Notes under the pieces: model-generated
Database searches by the model: none
What the model was told of the DNA's origin: nothing
The model's input: only the letters and a program-made list of their open reading frames with translations
Translations under genes and position numbers: made by a program
Part shown: piece by piece, positions 60,592-64,000 of the stretch
Layout of the letters: every line of letters starts with the position of its first letter
Numbering within the stretch: position 1 is the first letter of the stretch
NCBI GenBank assembly: GCA_964350985.1
Contig: CAYGLK010000002.1
Coordinates: forward strand, 382-64,381
From: an uncultured Candidatus Saccharibacteria bacterium
Lineage (GTDB): Bacteria > Patescibacteriota > Minisyncoccia > Phycocordibacterales > UBA918
Length of the DNA: 64,000 bases
Direction: 5' to 3'

Positions 60592-61150
60592 AAAGATAAG
60601 TATCTACTTCTACTCTCTGCTCTTCAATCAAAGAACCAGTCCTCCAAGTTACTACAGAACGAACCCAGACCTCTCCAGCATCTGCTTCGAGGAAAATCTT
60701 TCTAGTAAAGGGTGTTGCTGTGTTACTTAGGTCATCGTCATGAGTAAACCGTGAGCGGTTAAGATTTAAGTCATCATCACTTCGATAGATACGACAAGCA
60801 TTTGGGCTACAAGGCACAGCTGGTGCAATAGTGCCGTCTACCCCAGACCACTCTAAACCACAGCCGGGTCCGTCGTAACAGTCTTCGTAAATACCTCCGC
60901 TATTATCTGTAAAATTGGTCCAGCCATTTGTTAAATTAGCTAACAATAAGTCGTTTCGGGCTTTTTCCACTAACTCAATCCCTTCTTGGGCTAAGAAGAA
61001 TGCTTGAATCTGCTCAGTAGCAAAACTAGAACTCTTGGCCGCTCTGGTAGAGATAGTCATCGGTCCAACAATCACAATCAAAAGAATAGAAATAGCCACC
61101 AATGTTTCCACTAGAGAAAAGCCAGCTTGTTTTTTTTGAAAGAAAATCAT
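60569..61150 (-). CDS. Prepilin-type (PilV-like) minor pilin
   Basis: AGFSLVETLVAI, AQEGIE. Confidence 0.85.
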
Positions 61151-61779
61151 AAATCAAGAATACGTTGAGTTACCGTGGTTTGTAGATAGTAAACCTTACT
61201 ATCTGCACTTTCCTTTTCGACCGCCTCAATATAAATAGTAACAGTTGGTTGTTCAGTGTCACCATCGTCCAAGTCTTCGCTACCGGAAACATAAAATTGC
61301 ATCTCACTGATCTCTAGTCCGGAAGAGACAATCGACTGTGCTGTGCCGTTCCCAACTCGACGCCAAATAGTCTTTTCATCTTCAGCGTAATAATACAAAA
61401 TTCGATCATCATCTCCAGAGAGGCTATTTCCTCCCTCAAAGAAAGAAATCCCTTGTCTTAAAGCTCCGTTACGACCGTCAGCACAATCTTGAGTAGTTGT
61501 AGCCAAAGATTCGTGTCCAGCACCGGTAAACACAGTACTGCTATCTGTATCTGTGGAAGCACAGTAATAATTATAGCCAGTACGGATCTCTCTAGTCATC
61601 GTATCTAGCGCGAAAGAAAGATTTGTCATAACACTTTGCTCGGCCTGAAGTTGCTGGTTGGTTGAGATCAAAACCAACATTGCTCCCACTGCTGTAGTAA
61701 CCACAATAGAAAAAACTCCCAAAGAAACAATCATTTCAATTAGTGTAAAACCGAGATTATTATTTTTGAGTTTTTTCAT
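61147..61779 (-). CDS. Prepilin-type (PilW-like) minor pilin
   Basis: LGFTLIEMIVSL, MTREIR. Confidence 0.85.
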   Translation of the reverse strand: MKKLKNNNLGFTLIEMIVSLGVFSIVVTTAVGAMLVLISTNQQLQAEQSVMTNLSFALDTMTREIRTGYNYYCASTDTDSSTVFTGAGHESLATTTQDCADGRNGALRQGISFFEGGNSLSGDDDRILYYYAEDEKTIWRRVGNGTAQSIVSSGLEISEMQFYVSGSEDLDDGDTEQPTVTIYIEAVEKESADSKVYYLQTTVTQRILDL

Positions 61780-61800
61780 TTTAAATAAAGGTCTTTAGAT

Positions 61801-62592
61801 TTAAGACTCCTCAAGCTCTCCTCCCCCTCCTGGGTCAATAGTCCCGCCTCCACCAGGTTCAATGATTACACCCCCTCCTGGATCAATTGTTCCACTCCCT
61901 CCTCCGCCTCCACCCGGCTTTGTTCCTTCGTCATCGCCTCCACCCCCTGGATCAATTGGATCTTGTATTTGATTTGGAGGTGTTGAGTTTACTGATTGAA
62001 CAATGATCTGACCTGTTTTTGACACTTCGATAGTTCGCAGACTTCCCGCCCCTTCATCAGTTGAGCCTTTTAAGCGAATTCCTAACTCAACTCCTGTAAC
62101 TCCTAAAACCTCTTCATCATCTCCATCAACATAAAATCGAGCATCAAAGTTTGGTCTTTCAAAAATAATAGATACGGCTTGTGGAGTTGATTCCCCAGCC
62201 CCAGTTAATGTTATCTGATCTAACTCAAAACGACGATCAATATTTTCTCTTTTACCAATCTCTTCTCCTAGGTCGTAGTTAAAATTCTTTTCACCACCAC
62301 CAAAACCGTCTACAAAGACTAGATACGAATTTGGATTTAGGGTGGTATTAAAGTAGAGTCCAGTAACATTACGATATTCATCACCCTGTCCAACAGCACT
62401 GACTGCTTGAAGCTGCACTTCACGCATCTTCAGAGCGATATCATAAGCTTGTGAACGTAGTAAGACAGCACTGTTATAACTATCGTGTCTAGCTAAAATA
62501 ACGCTAGTCACTAATACCACGATACTAATACTAACCATGAGCTCTATCAGCCCAAAACCAATCTGCAGTGTATTTTTATTTTTTTTATGCAT
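61801..62592 (-). CDS. Prepilin-type (FimT/FimU-like) protein with Gly-rich tail
   Basis: GFGLIELMVSI; C-terminal (T/I)IDPGGGG repeats. Confidence 0.8.
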   Translation of the reverse strand: MHKKNKNTLQIGFGLIELMVSISIVVLVTSVILARHDSYNSAVLLRSQAYDIALKMREVQLQAVSAVGQGDEYRNVTGLYFNTTLNPNSYLVFVDGFGGGEKNFNYDLGEEIGKRENIDRRFELDQITLTGAGESTPQAVSIIFERPNFDARFYVDGDDEEVLGVTGVELGIRLKGSTDEGAGSLRTIEVSKTGQIIVQSVNSTPPNQIQDPIDPGGGGDDEGTKPGGGGGGSGTIDPGGGVIIEPGGGGTIDPGGGGELEES

Positions 62593-63418
62593 AACTTAAT
62601 AGTGAAACAACATCGATTCCCCAAAACAGGACGGTCAGGTATCCTAGAATCAAAAACGGAGCAAACGGAACAGCACTTTTAATTGTAAGCTCTGCTGGCA
62701 AGAAACGTAAGTGCGGTTGTCCACGTCGCTTTATTTTCTGATACCCAAGTAAAATAAGTCCGACCAAAGCACCAATCCAAAAAGATAGAACGACCAAAGA
62801 AAATACTGAGGCGTAACCAACTCCAAGAGCGAGTGGAATAACAAGCTTTACGTCCCCAAAACCAATCCAACGACCGTCTGAAAATCGCCACAATAAAAGT
62901 AAAAACAGTGAAGCTAGTAGCGCTGCCATAATATTCCAGGCAAAGTTAACTAATGGCACTCCTGTTAGATGAAGGTAGAACTGATTACCTAATACTAAAC
63001 CTAAAACAGCCAAGGTTAACTCGTCTGGAATGATAAAGTGATAGATATCATAAACAGCAATAACTACTAGTACTGAAACAGTAGCAAGCAAAAAGAACAT
63101 GCTGTAGATATCATTGACTGTTAGTACTACACCAACAAACAAACTTCCAGTTAATAACTCGACCCAGAAGTAACGTGAAGGGATATAAGAGTGACAAGTG
63201 CGACACCTTCCACGCAAAAATAAATATGAAAACAACGGAAATAACTCGTAAAACTTAAGAGGTGTCGCACACGATAAGCAGTGTGAATTACCCATCAGAG
63301 ACTTACCAGTATGAAAACGGTAAATATAGACATTGAGAAAGCTACCGATAATTACCCCAAACATGAAGGCAATAGTTGCCAGTAAACTAGTTGGTAAGGT
63401 AGAAAGTAAATATTCCAT
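62585..63418 (-). CDS. pilD: Prepilin peptidase
   Basis: GSFLNVYIYR, SHCLSC/GRCRTC, GFGDVKL, PFAPFL. Confidence 0.93.
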   Translation of the reverse strand: MEYLLSTLPTSLLATIAFMFGVIIGSFLNVYIYRFHTGKSLMGNSHCLSCATPLKFYELFPLFSYLFLRGRCRTCHSYIPSRYFWVELLTGSLFVGVVLTVNDIYSMFFLLATVSVLVVIAVYDIYHFIIPDELTLAVLGLVLGNQFYLHLTGVPLVNFAWNIMAALLASLFLLLLWRFSDGRWIGFGDVKLVIPLALGVGYASVFSLVVLSFWIGALVGLILLGYQKIKRRGQPHLRFLPAELTIKSAVPFAPFLILGYLTVLFWGIDVVSLLSYA

Positions 63419-63480
63419 ATTTCCTCAAGTATATCACCCAGGTATGCTCACCGATGAATGTTTTAACGGATAAATGAGAC

Positions 63481-63517
63481 AAATAAAAAAGCGCGCCCGG
63501 AGGCGCGCTTTTTATTT
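63481..63517. terminator. Hairpin terminator after pilin gene
   Basis: AAATAAAAAAGCGCGCC-cgga-GGCGCGCTTTTTATTT. Confidence 0.7.
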
Positions 63518-63528
63518 AAACTATAAAG

Positions 63529-63945
63529 CTAGTTACAACTATAATCTGTATCAGATGACAAGGTAGTAGCTGTAGTAGTTGTAGCCATTCCCGAACTGTC
63601 AACACAGAAAAATCCACCGATATTCAAGTCGGCAGTAGCTGCCCATGCTTGCGCTGATTGGTTACAATCTAAAGCAGTTCCAGGTCCATTAGAAACTGCA
63701 GCTGTTCTAAGAGCAAGAGTTGTAGTAGAAGTACAAACTGTAGCGTATGAATAATTATTTGCGTTGTAGATAATTTCTGCTTGTGAACGCATGTTAGTCA
63801 TACTTTGCTTTACTGAAGCATCACTTCCTCCCTGACGTGCATCATTCAAAGAAGACAACACTACTGCTGCCAAAATACCGATAATAGCGATCACCACCAA
63901 AAGTTCGATGAGGGTGAAACCGCGTGAGAACATTGATTTTTTCAT
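63529..63945 (-). CDS. Type IV pilin
   Basis: RGFTLIELLVVIAIIGILAAVVL class III signal; C-terminal FCVDS..C. Confidence 0.92.
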   Translation of the reverse strand: MKKSMFSRGFTLIELLVVIAIIGILAAVVLSSLNDARQGGSDASVKQSMTNMRSQAEIIYNANNYSYATVCTSTTTLALRTAAVSNGPGTALDCNQSAQAWAATADLNIGGFFCVDSSGMATTTTATTLSSDTDYSCN

Positions 63946-64000
63946 AATAATTTATTGATTTTAATTAATATTTTCTTTTTTTATTCAGATATCAGCTGTG

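Overview
AT-rich (code 11) bacterial chromosome segment. Gene content and style suggest Patescibacteria/Parcubacteria (inference): type IV pilin cluster, compact RF2, apparent leaderless genes and tRNA genes without CCA. Core genes include lepA, murJ, rnpB, msrA/msrB, pyrG, ftsE/ftsX, prfB, gatA/gatC, ligA, pilD and five tRNAs. The standout is a ~14 kb array (about 31.1-45.3 kb) directly downstream of tRNA-Gln(TTG). It holds about 16 gene-sized cassettes separated by a ~30 bp direct repeat (+ strand consensus CTGGCTGTATGGGACGATGTTAGAACTTTT; 14 full copies, 1 truncated, 1 possible remnant). The repeat's reverse complement aligns with the tRNA 3' end, and the most divergent copies are tRNA-distal. 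This looks like a tRNA-anchored, integron-like cassette-capture platform that is neither CRISPR nor a canonical attC array. No recombinase is visible in the window. Other oddities: a palindromic in-frame insertion in ligA, structured tRNA-3'-end duplications, and all five tRNA genes ending N-C-A. All product calls come from motif recognition by eye; no database searches were run.
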